NCBI GenBank assembly: GCA_964187785.1
Contig: OZ076409.1
Location: 57,662,001 to 57,726,000 of the forward strand
DNA: 64,000 nucleotides
Direction: 5' to 3'
Origin: Amphiscolops sp. MND2022
Taxonomy: Eukaryota
Positions 13,454-26,356 of this stretch are shown here, one piece after another (position 1 is the stretch's first letter; every line of letters starts with the position of its first letter). The translations under genes and the position numbers were made by a program. Below the pieces are notes generated by a model that was not told where the DNA came from, made no database searches, and saw only the letters and a program-made list of their open reading frames with translations.

Positions 13454-14504
13454 GGCAACGGTGACTTAAAAATGAGTAATCTGACATGGTTTGACTGCCA
13501 CGTCGCTTATCAAATAAGAAATTTTCATTATGCCTGAAGGGGTATCATCACGAAGCTTGTCGTCTTTTAACTCTAATTTCCATTGTTCACTGTGATAACC
13601 ACAGTGGTAAAGTAACTTGTGTTTTTATGATACCGAAACAAACTTTGAGTTACATTCAATATAGTCAACTTCGATAAAATTTTATAATTCGGTGAAGTCT
13701 AATGCTCAAGAACGGTGGAAATTACAAAGATCTAAAATCGACCCAACTTCAAACGAAGTCCTAAAGCGTTCAGTTGAGAATCCTGGCGCAGAAGCAAACC
13801 CTAAATAAACAAACGGGCCAAATAAACCCGGGGTTTTCAAAATGCATTGGCCTTTAAAGTAGAACCACGAGAACAGAACAATCTTTGAACCAGGCAGTTT
13901 GACTAGACCTTTCTGGGGCTTTGTGTTGACTTGGTTTGATACAATTCTATAAACAAAGTTAATTGGTCTGCGGGTATCTTGGAAACATCATCGGGGAAGT
14001 CCTGAGGTCATTATGTGCTAAATAATAGCCTGATTACCACGAAAATTCAAAGAATTTTTCACGCCCGCTTCAACGTTTTCTTTCTAATTGCAGGAAATTG
14101 GAAAAAAGCCGTCTTTGAAGCCAGGGTCGCTTCAAATGTATATCCGTTCTTTTGTGGATTTTATCGATTCAGTACTATTGATTCATTTAGTCTCCTTGGC
14201 TCCATGTTCATTCGAAAAAAAATCATCATTCGAAATACTTCCTTTTAATTTTCACAAGTTAGAGTCCATTGGAGTAAAAAAAGAATAAGTGAATCCTATA
14301 AAAAGAGGCAAAAAAGTGTACGTTTCAGTTGATATCGTAGAGAATTTTTCTTGAAAGAAATTGGGAGGATTTTCCAGAAAAACTATGATATTGTGGAATG
14401 AAACGTGAGATGAAGTTTGCAACAAAAGAGATTAAAAAATTCGACGTTTTCGATGACATGATTTTTGCAAATCGGCAAAGTCTGACGAAAAAACATATGC
14501 AATT

Positions 14505-17500
14505 TGTTCTATTTCTTGGTTGAATAAGAAAACAAAGGTTTTATCTAAAATCTCTTTCGAACATAAAGGATTGTCAAGCGATCTTTTTTATCTATGTTTT
14601 TTGTATCAAATGATAAATTCTCGGTATGAAACAAAAGTATGATGTTTACAAATATATATAAACATAAGTATCTCATTTCATCTAAAGTTTTGTTTGGTAC
14701 TTTAAGAAAAGATCTATGTTTGATTGACAATGTCACCGAAAGATCGGTCCGGTATATGTACCGTATAACATTTCCTCTCTTCTGGATATTCTTCGGTTAC
14801 TGTTCTGATGTTCCCGGTGTTGGGGTTTTCTCACGGATAAAGTCTGCAGGCTTCGTTAGTGGTTTGGGCGCTTCTTTTCGGTTATTCCATTTTTCGACTG
14901 TAACACCTGTAACAATTAATTTTTTGATTCACACCCAAAAATTTTTTGTATATCTAATCCCCCCGTATCTATTCGGTGGTCTGCTATCACGGTTGGACCG
15001 TCTTATTTTTTCATGTTGGATACAATTGATGTTGCAATTGGTTGATAGCGGCCGTCTTTTTCGGAGGTATCGTGATTTTCGAAATCACTTTCTTCACCGT
15101 CTATTTCGCCTTCCTCGCTTTCGGAGTCGGATTCGGTTCGCAGATTTTGTACATTTTTCAGCTTTCCGGTAAACACATCTCTCAGGTTTTCATTCCATTG
15201 TATTTACCATCGACTCTGAGGCAGTGTCGGTTTTTTGGTGTGATGGTGTCTCCGATCTTCGGCGCTATCTTTCTTTCGGAAATACAATCGGATCAGAAAT
15301 AAATTTTCGGTGAAATATTTTTCCGGTATCAGAGGTTACGGTGTGTTCCTTACCATTTATTGCGGTTTGTATGTTTTTCTGAAACCTTCCTTCCAATGAT
15401 TTTTTTGTGGTTTTTTTAAAGAATTAGAAAGGGTATCTACCAATCGAACTTTTCTTCTTTGGCGATTTTTCGGTTAATGCCTTCTCTTCCGTTTTTGTTC
15501 GGGACATAACAATATGGTTGGATACTTCTCCTTCACCATTTCTGGTCACGTAGATAGGTATCTTTGGCCGGCTGTTTGCTAAAACAGGTAGTTCCGACCA
15601 ATTAGAAAGGAAGGATTTTCCGTCTTTTATTTTATTTGTTGAATCGGTCCGTGGTTTCCAGCTATGATGTAATTCAAACGGTGGTGTATTTAGTCCCGCA
15701 TGTATTGTGAACCGCATGACGTTCAATGCTCTATTTACGCACTCGGTTAAACACATTTTATCTTCCAAATTTGCGATAATTGAATTGTTCAATGTTTGTA
15801 TTGCGCGTTCTACTGCTCCCGTACCGGTATGCATTCTCGGTGTGCTATATTCAATTACAATGTTCTTCGTGTTACAAAATTTTTTGAATTCTTTCCAGAC
15901 GAACGCCGCCCCCCTGTTCGTTTTTATTTTCTCCGGTAATCCGTACAGATGAAAATTTTGTTTCAGGAAGTTTAATACTTCCTTGGTTTCCGACGATTTC
16001 AAGTTTTTTGCGGTTGGCCATTGACTGAATCTATCTATTGCGATTAATATCTGATGTTCTCCGTTTAGTTTTTTGTTGTTTAGTGTACCGGAGAAATCAA
16101 TTTGAATTTCTTGTCCCGGTTCCGTCAATTGTTTTATTTTTTCGAAATCGTTTTTCGGTAATTGGTATTTTAACTTCTTACCCGATTACATGAAAGCCAC
16201 CCAATTTTTTGTTTTGTCTTCTATTTCTTTTTGCATGTTTTGGCCTCCGCTGTCACTTTGGTAGCTCCGGCGTGCCCGAAATGTAGGGTTTCTAGTAGCT
16301 TCTTTCGCAGTTCAGTAGGTACTACTATTCGGTCATCGTTGAATGTCATCCCCCATTTGTTGTTCAACTTCTCGAATATCGTTCAGTATTGGTCCAGAGC
16401 CTTGTTCTTTTCGCCCCGTCGCATTGCGTCTCGTACTCGGTTGAGTTCGGCGTCCGCTGATGATTTTGCAATCAGCGTCTTCAAGTCGAGCATAAAGTTA
16501 AAATCGGCATTTTTGATCGTATCTTCGGTGTTCCTTTTATCGCCGGTGACTTTTTTTAATAATCTGGTTTATTTGTATACACTGGACTTTTTTCCTTCCG
16601 TAATGTATGCTTTTGAGTCGACGAGAGGAAAGTTGTCGCCCCGGATTACTTGGTTTTCGCCTTCGCTCTCTTGTTCGGTGTCTTCAAATATTTCCGACTG
16701 TTGAGCTTCTTGTTCCTCTTCTGTTCGTTCTTCGAGGGGTTGGTATCCCCGCCGAATCTGTTCGCCCTCGATAACATTTCGCCGTCGATCTCTGCGATTT
16801 CTTCGCGGCTTCTTTTGTTCGGCGTTGGGGGACCCAAATCTGTCTTTGCGCATTCATATCAAATTAACGGCGAATTGTTCCAAGTCGGGAGATTTCTAGC
16901 CGTCTTCCTACAAGTCTGAGGGTTTCTGGACTCTTTCTTTGTCTTCTAGGCAATTACACCCCAGTAAAAGTTATCTCTTTCCATTTCACTCTTAAATAAA
17001 GATAATTTTTTTTGGTAAGTTTGAATTTGGAATCGAATATAAGTTCAAATTTTGGATTGAACGTTCCGTTTTAGCTTTTTGTCGGCGTTTGTTCGATGCG
17101 CGTTTCGCTTGTTCGTAATTTTTGTTCACGTCTCGGTTTTCCTCGGAAGTTCTATTCCGATGTGATTGGTTGTTTAGGTTTTCTTCGGTTGTTTTAATTC
17201 TTTCCGGTACGTTTTGTGATTGGTCAACGAAAAGTGGTCCGTATTTTACGTTTAATTCGGCTTGTTCTGAAAGGATGTTAACTACGTATTGCTCATCGTG
17301 TACGTCTTCGCTCGCTGCTTTCTCTACCAGATTTCTACTTAGAAAGTCGGTGAATTTTAAATTGCTTCCTGCGACATGTTGGATGGCAATATCAAATTGC
17401 GCAAGTCGATTTAACCATCTAGTTAGTCTTGCGCTGTATTGTCTATTGCATCGGTTTCTTTCAATCAAGGGTTCAAGCGCTTGGGGGTCGGTATATAAAA

Positions 17501-20322
17501 GACTTCCTTTCCGTAGAGATAAAATCGAAATTTCTCTAATCCCCAAACAACTGCAAGTAGTTCTAGTTCTCCGATTGAGTAATTCTTTTCTGTATCATTT
17601 AGGTATCTACTACCGAATGCTATCGGTTTCATTTCTCCATCCGACTGTTTCTGCCATAAAGTTATTCTGAGTCCGGTTTTACTAGCATCCGTTTTAACGA
17701 TGTTTTCTCTGTCCTTTGCATAATGTGCCAAGCAGGGTTCTTCGGTTAACATTTCTTTTATGTTGTCGAAATCCTGGTCTTGTTTTTCCCCCAGTTCCAT
17801 AGCGACTCCCTATTTAAGAGTTTTCGGAGTTTTTCCGTTTTTACCGATAGTCTCGTTTAGAACTTGGCGAGGTATTGTTTTGAACCGAGGAATGACTACA
17901 GTTAATTTTGTTTTTTTTTGGGAGTTTCAAATCCAAGATTGCGTTCACCTTTTCTTTGTTGGGTTTGATTCCCGTCCCATCAACTTTGTGTACGAGCCAT
18001 TTGGTTTTTTTTAAAGAAGAATTCGGATTATCTTTCGCTTGCACGCTATCCAGCGTCTTCTAGTTTCTTTAGAAAACCGAACAGTTTCTTTTCGTGTTCT
18101 TTCCGGTCACCTCGGGTTACCACTATTATATCATCTAGCCATGCGGGTGTAAAATATTCCAAAAGTCGGTCCATTTTTCCTTGAAATATCGTTGGGATAT
18201 CGGCAAGCCCGTAAAATCCTTTTTTGAATCGATAAAATCCAATAAATTTTCCTCCGGTTGTTGCGAATACACATTGTCGGCTTGTTTCTTTTGATAATTG
18301 CATCTGGCCATATGCATAGTCGAGATTCATTTTTCGACATCATTAGTTCTTTCGTTCGGTCTGTGATTTCTACCGAAATTTGATGTAACAGTTCTTCCAT
18401 ATTCGGCATGTGTGGTCGGATTTTCATGCAACTGTCATTCAGTTTTCTCGAGTCTAATGCGATTTTTACCGACTTATCGTTTTTTACCGTAATTACTACC
18501 AGTGAAACCAAACAGTCTTCATCTACATGTTTCACTTTCTCCAAGTGACCGGTTTTTATTAGTTTCTCCGGTTCTCTCCCGACGTCTTCTTGTAAGTGTA
18601 GTGGGATCGGTCTTGCTTTTGGTTTCACCGGAAAATGTCTCGGTTTTAGTTGAATGTTGATTTCAGTATCTTTTATCGTGGTGTCATTTTTAAATAGATC
18701 TGGGAATTTTTCGATTATTTGTCGCTTTTCCGATTGGTTTCTGTCCTGTACTCGGATGTTTCCAATTGTTTATTTGAATTTTTTGATCCAGTCCTTTACG
18801 AGTAGCGGTGTGATGACATTTCTTTCGGTAATCAGAATTTGCATTTTTTGTTTGTTGTTCTCGTATTCGATATCCGCCGGTATTTTTCCCCGGAATTTTA
18901 CTCATTTTTGTTCACGTCTTGGTACTGGTATTTCACTTTCTGTATCTCGGTTCGCTTCATTATTTCGTTTCGTCTACAGGCATTATTGAAATTGGTGATC
19001 CGGTATCCGCTTTGAATTCTTTTTCGATTCTGTTTACTTTCATTATTGTTGTTAGATAATTGTTTCTGTCGGTAATTCTATTTTTTCTTTCGATTCTGTG
19101 TATGCTTGTCTCTGATTCGTCGGATTCTTCTCCAATTGCCTCTGATTCTTCTTCGGTTAGATTGCGTACTTTGCGCTTGAAGCTTTCTCTTTGTCTGCAT
19201 ACGCGTGCGAAATGTCCCTTCTTTCAGCAGTTAATGCAAAAATTTCCCAATGCCGGGCATTTTTGAGTGGGGTTCCAGTTCGGTGCGTTACAAAACTTAC
19301 ATGGTCTCCCATTTGTGAATTTATACTTTGGTCTTGTATCAGATCTTTCCATCCTTTGTATTGGCTCCTCTTTTATTTCTTTCTCTCGGTTTGAGAACAA
19401 CGCTTCCGGTGTGGTATTTTTTCAATTTTTCTTTAATGTGTTTTGTTTAATCATTTCGATAGTTTTCTTCAGTTCGAGCTTTTTCTCTTCATCAATTTTT
19501 CTCGGAGTTTCGTGTCCGTAATTGCGGTCATAATTTTTGAAATTAATAAATCTTCGGCTGTTATTCCTTCGAATGCACATTCTGTTTCTATTTCTATCAG
19601 TCTCCGCCAGAAGTCTTCCGGTGTTTCGGATTCGATTTGTCTTGTCCAGACGAATTCTCCGCGGTTGTGGTAGGTGTTCCGTTCTGGTAGAAAATATCCG
19701 TTGAATAGTCGGATAAGGTCTTTCGCCGCTATTTCGTCGGGTTCTGTTTTGTATTCCGTTGGTATGTCATCTGGTATAATGCTTCGGGACCGATACCCAA
19801 TGTAAAATCTTCTTGAATTTCAGCTTCTTTTCCGGACCAACCGGTTTGTGTTATTTCGATTCCCCGTAGTTGTCCGGTGATGTCCATTTTGTGTTTTCTC
19901 TTCGTATATTGCCGAAATCTTTCAAGCCATTGTTTCGGAGTGAAGATTCTTTTCCCGTCTGACGTGGCTTCGAAATTCGGTACTTCGATCTTGCTTTCTT
20001 CTGTCATCTTTTTTGTCGCGGTAAAAGTTTCTTGGGTGATTTAGATTGGTGACTGCGCCATGTTCTATTTCTTGGTTGAATAAGAAAACAAAGGTTTTAT
20101 CTAAAATCTCTTTCGAACATAAAGGATTGTCAAGCGATATTTTTCCATCTATGTTTTTTGTATCAAATGATAAAGTCTCAGTATGAAACAAAAGTATGAT
20201 GTTTACAAATATATATAAACATAAGTATCTCATTTGATCTAAACTTTTGTTTGGTACTTTAAGAAAAGATCTAAGTTTGATTAACAATGTACCGAAAGGT
20301 CCGGTATATGTACCGTATAACA
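14505..20322 (-). mobile_element. Full-length but decayed Ty3/Gypsy LTR retrotransposon
   Basis: LTRs 20061-20322 and 14505-14770 (TGT...ACA); TSD CAATT at 14500-14504 and 20323-20327; PBS TGGCGCAGTC (tRNA-Ser-like); PPT AGAGAGGAAA. Gag from 20007 with Cys/His knuckles near 19195-19300, protease DTG at 18999-19007, RT, RNase H (TDASKTG), then integrase 15424-16128 (Gypsy domain order). Many frameshifts and stops. Confidence 0.95.
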
Positions 20323-21730
20323 CAATTAACTAGAGATTGTTTTAAAAACGATAGAACGAATTTGAAAGGATTGTGTACATGAATTCACGAATAAAAATGT
20401 TTTAAAAATAGAATTCGACTGAAGTCATATGATTGGATATACAATCAACTCCTTTTTCAATCCACCTGGACTTGACCTCAAGTAACGTCCATGCAATTCC
20501 ATATATAGAACTACATAACTTCGATCAATTCCATGTATGGAACCTTCCGGTTACATGAAACTGCATGTATGAAAACTGTAGGAAATTTTCGATAATACAT
20601 GGAATTACCGGAAATCACGGTGACTCAACTCGAAAAAAAGCAATAGAGCTGCAGATTGTCTTCGCAAAATGCCATTCATTATGTTTTATGGCTGAACAAA
20701 TGTCAAAGCCGGTGACAAATTCGAGCCAATTTGTCACTGAACACTTTTATGACGCAATAGTAGCAATGGACTTTCCTCATGTATTCATAAAATGTAAGGA
20801 TGATTAAATTTGACAGTTTGATGAACTTAGTTTATTTTCATGGAACGAAAATTTAGATTGGTTCACAATGAAATCTAAAGTATTCAAATTTTGTTTCACA
20901 CACGAAACGAACCCTACCTATTCAAGCTTCAGATCAGCGCCCAAAAATGCAGTATGTGCTGATTTCGACCTGAATGCGCTGAAGCACCTTTATCTGATTG
21001 ACATTTTTCAATGAACCGTTCCGTTTAGGTGGAAATTAAGACTGTGTTTCCGGCACTTTTGTGCTTCGTCTAGAAAATTTGAGTTCTATTCGTAGTTTGT
21101 ACTTTTTGTTAATTTTTGCCCCTTTCACATTTAATGCAATTAGTTAACTGATTGCATTGACGCTTTTTGTTGAGAAAAGTAGCAGTAGTTGAGAAAACGG
21201 TGTGAATACCATATGGTCGTGTCAGCAACGAAGTGGAAAATATTATTCCAATGGCAATGGTGTAAACTGCAGTGCAATCCTACAATATTTACCACCGGAA
21301 CCTTACCGGATTTTCTACGTTTTACAAAAAGTAACCCTGCATGCAGGCCTGCCGCATATAAAAAGATCCAGCAGTCTCGACTAGCGTTAGCGCTTTTTGA
21401 AAAAAAAGTTGAAGATTTTTACCGTGGCAATTGTTTTCTCCAGCTGTCACTGTAATGATAACTTTTTAGAAGTGTTTCTATAAGTTCTACTAAATTGTTT
21501 CACAATGTGGCAATTCCTGATGTAGCGTTTTTGATTTATCGCAATGATTGTCCTCGAGCATGTTTAAAAGAGTCCGTTTTTTGAGCCCTAAGAGGGGCGC
21601 TGTCTTGGACCGTTTCCGGCTTGTTTCTGCATGTCATTGGACGAATCAGACCAAGCAACAGTAGTAGCTAGCAAACAGTGAATAAACCAGTTGTGGAACT
21701 TCAAAATGGTAGTAGGACGCTTTTCAAATG

Positions 21731-22313
21731 AACAAGACGGGAACGTCTAAAGTCGGCGCCATATCCAAGGCTCAAAAAGCGCAAACTTTTTAAAATTGTA
21801 GAAGGGGGGACTCTTTGGGCTTTTTGAAAATCCAGTTTGTTGCAAAATATTTTAAAAAATGAAAGAGCGACCCTTCGGAGACATTGAAAAATTTCGAATT
21901 TTTTTTAATTTCCCAAAAAAATGAGAATTTTTAACAGTCTCATAGTGCCGAAAAATGTAAAAGGGGGCCCTTTAGGCTTTTTCAACACCCATTCAGGTGC
22001 AAAACACCAAAAAAAATAGAAGGGAGACCTTTTGAAGACTTTAAAAATTTCGAAAAAAAGTCTCACAAAGCCGAAAAAGGGGCGGGGAAAGTCTCATAGC
22101 GCCGAAAAATTGGAAGGGGGACCCTTCTGGGTTTTGCATTTCATATAGAGGCCTTTGGATGCGTTCAAAATCAAGTACTGAGTACTTTTGGTAAAGGTGA
22201 ATTTTTCACAAAAAAGTGGTACATACGCGATGAGTGAAAAGTCTGACGAAAAAAAAATAAACTAGCCACTGTAATAGTCGGGCTCTTTTCACTAGAAAAG
22301 CGCCGACTAAAAA
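21731..22313 (-). mobile_element. Helentron/Helitron2-like non-autonomous family A, intact ends
   Basis: Minus strand begins TTTTTAGTCGGCGCTTTTC..GAAAAG..CCGACTA (hairpin) and ends GGCGCCGACTTT-AGACG-TTCC-CGTCT-TGTT; interior made of ggggaccctt / tctcatagtgccgaaaa subrepeats. Confidence 0.75.
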
Positions 22314-24182
22314 TGAAGCTTTTCTCATGTCAAACTTGCGCGAAACTCCGCAAGGAAGTTGATTTGGACTAATTCTTGTTTTGACAATCGTCGTCCGAAC
22401 ATCAGTAGATTTCAACAACGCTCTCAAGCTCAAGAGAAACATTTAGATCAAAAATGTTTTTCATGTTGTAACTATTAGATGGTTTACTTGTTGCCAAGAT
22501 CATTTCTGGAGCTAAGTCTTTGAGATCTCTCCTGCTTCCGTTTTCAGAGGCCTAGAAAACTTCAAAAGATTTGACGTAGCATCAGAAGAAATACGTAGAT
22601 AAATTTTTTTTGTGAAGAGCAGATTTGATGCATTTCGGAATGATTCAATATCAGCTCAATATCGTGCTTGAATGTGCTTTGATATACGGATGGCTGAAAT
22701 GAACCTTGGACAAACTGGTATATTCTCATTTGCAATTCAAGGTCACAATTTCCAGTGTGATAAAAATTGATAAGGCTAATTAACCTTCTCTTTCAATGTA
22801 ATCTCATTCCAATCCGCATTAGGAAATCCGCCTTTTTGATTTCATCTGAGAGTAATACCATTTTTAGCTAAGATAACCTCGGCTATTCGCTTTTGATTAT
22901 TTCAGCTTTTTTGTCCAATATTTAATTAATTGATTTTGCAAAGGAAAATCAGGCCTTACAGTTACAAGGCTGGCATATAGAGATTTAGTAATGTCTTTGC
23001 AAAAGCAGAGCTTTTCAAAGTCAAGATTATCAGACTGATTATTAAAAACAAAATTGGAAAATGTCAAAGTAAAAAATCCCAGACTTAGTTTCTCCAGCCA
23101 GACTAATATATTTCTTCAAATTGAGAGGGCGAGAGACAAGCACTAAGTAATGAATATAAGTATAAATGTATGTAAGAATACATATAATGAAAATAAGTGA
23201 AAATTTTAATAATGATAGCCACACAAAGTTAAAAATATGTTAGAGTGCGGAACTCACTCATCGTCAATTTATACGAAAATCGCGCCACGTACTCACAACA
23301 TAACATGTTTTCATCAAAAGAATTGAGCAAAAAAATTAACATTACATGTAGAATCATTTCAAATTTGGCTCTTTTCCGCCGCCCTCCGCTATCAAAACTT
23401 TGGGAACGAAATTTTGAAAAAAAAATCACATTGCCAAAATTGAAAAAACTTTTTTCCATTACAGGAAGTTAAGTTCTAATGGAATAATTTTTCGTTGAAA
23501 CATTTTCTACGAAATCCTGCGGTGACAAAAACTAGAAGCCATAGAAATTGAATTGGAAAAAGTGCCGCAATTGAAGTTAGAAACAATTTTTCCAAAAAAT
23601 CATGAGACTTTCATCTAGCTATCTATTCTGAAGTCCGTGGAGGCTTTCAAGCTGGGTATCAATTTTAAAATTGCCACAATCATAGTCAGAATCGTAACAT
23701 CGCATATACAAAACTTTTGCTCAATTTTCGAACCGCATATTTTTATTTCAGTTAACTCGAACATTCATTTCTCCACTAAGTTGGGCACAATTCTGTACGG
23801 CCAAGAGAACGCGGAACTTATCAAAAGCAACATCGACTGCTTTGTTTTGACTTTGTTTTGAATTCTGATTTACATTTGTTTTCAATCAGAGGCAGACAAG
23901 AGTGCCCCCTTTCTTTTGCCCCCTTTCTTCGCATATCCCTGGGGTAAAATTTTATGAAGTCAATGGTCGTTGTAGAACTTGATGCTTTTTGTCAGCCGTC
24001 AGTTTCGGCATTCATTTTCATACAACTAAGGCGAATGCAAAAAATGATAGTGCGAATAACAAAACTTTAGTCGGCACTTTATAAAATGAAACGCAAGTAT
24101 TATAGTGGCTTTTCGCTGTGTTTATTTTTTTCTCAATTCGTCCAAATTTGGACGAATTGAGAAAAAAAAATAGATATAGATA

Positions 24183-24735
24183 AGATAGAAAATGCTCCCA
24201 GAGCGGACCAAAATGCCCCTAAAATAGGAAAATTTGCCAAAATTCTCTATTTTTTGTTCATTTTCATACACTTCTGATTCCGTAGAAACAGTGCCAAAAA
24301 ATCCAGAGGGGGGGACTCTTTGGGCTTTAAAAAATTTGGGCTTAAAATCTGAAAGAATTGAAAAACAAAGGAAGACCTAAGTGACCATTTCATGCTGAAT
24401 GCCAAAATTTAACGAAATTTCTACAAAATAGGAAAATTGCCGGAAGGTTCAAATTTTGACAAAGTTATTCGAATAAAAAAGTAGTTGTGTGTTGTTTTTA
24501 GTACTGTGAGAACTTTTTCGAAAAATTTTCAATTTTCTAAAAGGGTCTTCCTTTGTTTTTCAATTCTTTCGGTTTTTAAGCCCAAATTTTTAAAGCCCAA
24601 AGAGTCCCCCTCTTGATTTTTTGGCACTGTTTCTACGGAATCAGAAGTGTATGAAAATGAACAAAAAATAGAGAATTTTGACAAAATTTCTCATTTTAGG
24701 GGCATTTTGGTCCGCTCTGGGAGCATTTTCTATCT
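24183..24735. mobile_element. Foldback/MITE-like element with roughly 200-bp inverted arms
   Basis: agatagaaaatgctcccagagcggaccaaaatgcccctaaaat... pairs with ...attttaggggcattttggtccgctctgggagcattttctatct; no clear TSD. Confidence 0.8.
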
Positions 24736-25619
24736 GGCTGATAGAAAGTTCGAATATCACTACACAAATACATTTACTACAGACCTGGCTTTATCGTAGT
24801 TGAATTCTGTAGAGCAGCTTCTTTATCTTGGGTATAAAATTGTAACTATTCATATTTAGGGAAAAACGCAGCTCAGTCAGTAATTTTCTTTTTCCCTTGT
24901 GATAATATGGGCAAAAAACAATGACGCAACTCCTTTTCTCCAATCAACCAAACTTTAATGAAACATCTGAGAAATTGTTACAATTACATTAGTTTTCACC
25001 TACAAAAGATTGTTTGGATAGGAAAATTTTCATTTGAAGTTTCATCAACCGAAAATACAGGTTTAAAAAAACAATTTAGACAACTTAAAGCTTCAATTTT
25101 AAAAATTGAACAGTGTCAAGATAGCTCGTTCTTCAAAACTTTGACCTTTATTGGCTGAAGATTCTCTGGTTAAACCTTTGTTGAGGTCAGTTATTCTTCA
25201 TCAAAATTCTAAATGTACTACCTACCAGTCCTAATACCTGCATTACAATGCTCATAGCTACATACGAACGTGTTTCTCCTGCTAAAACATTTTAGTTAAT
25301 GGAGACTAACTAAATAAGTAGCTTCAGAAAGCTATTAGAAGTTTCTGATATAACAAAATTTCCAATAGCTCTAAACCTAAGCAGGTTACGGTTGAACAAA
25401 GGTTCTCAAAAGATTTGTTCGAAAGGAAACAACTCCCAAATGGTTTGAAACGGATAGTGTAATAAAAATAATCCGTTTTCATAAAGTCTTGAGTCTACCT
25501 ACTGGTGTCCAAACTTTTATAAAAGCTGCTCAATAGCTTGTAGTTATAGTCCGTCGGATTCGGATTAAAAAAAACGTCAAAACGGATTCGAAAACGTCAA
25601 AAATTCGGATAGTATTGAA

Positions 25620-26199
25620 AACCAGATCCGGATGTGCGGTAAAGGAGTCGGATTCGGACCTTTTCCTTCTGACTCGCTCGAATCCCAGCATACGACTTTA
25701 ATGAACTTGCACACATTAAGCCCTTGTGGAGTAGAAAGAATCAAAAAAGTTCTTTCAAATCGTAAAGAGTTTTTGAGAAAGCAGAAAAAAGTCCAAAAAT
25801 TGCCGTTTTTGGTCAATTTGGATTAATTTCGGCAATGTTTCTCAGATCCCAGTCAAACAATTTAGATGCCATTGCACAAATTGGACCCAAATAAGGTGTG
25901 GAATGACTGCAGAAAATTTCGTTCGAATTGTATGTACAGTTTTTGAGAAAATCGAAACAGTAAAAAAATGGCTGGTTTCTGGCCATTTTCGGGGCTAATT
26001 TTGACTATGTTTCCCAAATCCCAGTGATACGAGTTTGATGCCATTGCGCACACAAGAGAACCTTTGGGTGTAGAATGACTGTGCAAAATTTTCAAAAAAT
26101 CATATGGAGAGTTTTTGAAAAATTTGAAATTTTCATTGAAAGGTTGGGAAAAAAGACACCGTTGCATAAGTAATGAAAAAAATTTTCGACTCCTCAAAA
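25620..26199 (-). mobile_element. Helentron/Helitron2-like family B, second copy
   Basis: Colinear with 12834-13453 (gcggtaaaggagtcgg ... aaaattttcgactcct). Confidence 0.65.
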
Positions 26200-26356
26200 T
26201 TATTAATGTATTTTCAGAAAAGACCTTATTTCAGACAAAAAATGATCATTTTAAAAAGTGTCACAATGCCGGAAAGTGTAAAGGGGGACCATTTGGTTTT
26301 TCAACATCCAATTTATTGCAAAATATCAAAACAAATTCATGGTGGGACCCTTTGGA

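Noticed and set aside
14639..15172. 177-aa hydrophobic plus-strand ORF, env-like at first glance
   Set aside because: Antisense shadow of the Lys/Arg-rich Gypsy 3' region and LTR.
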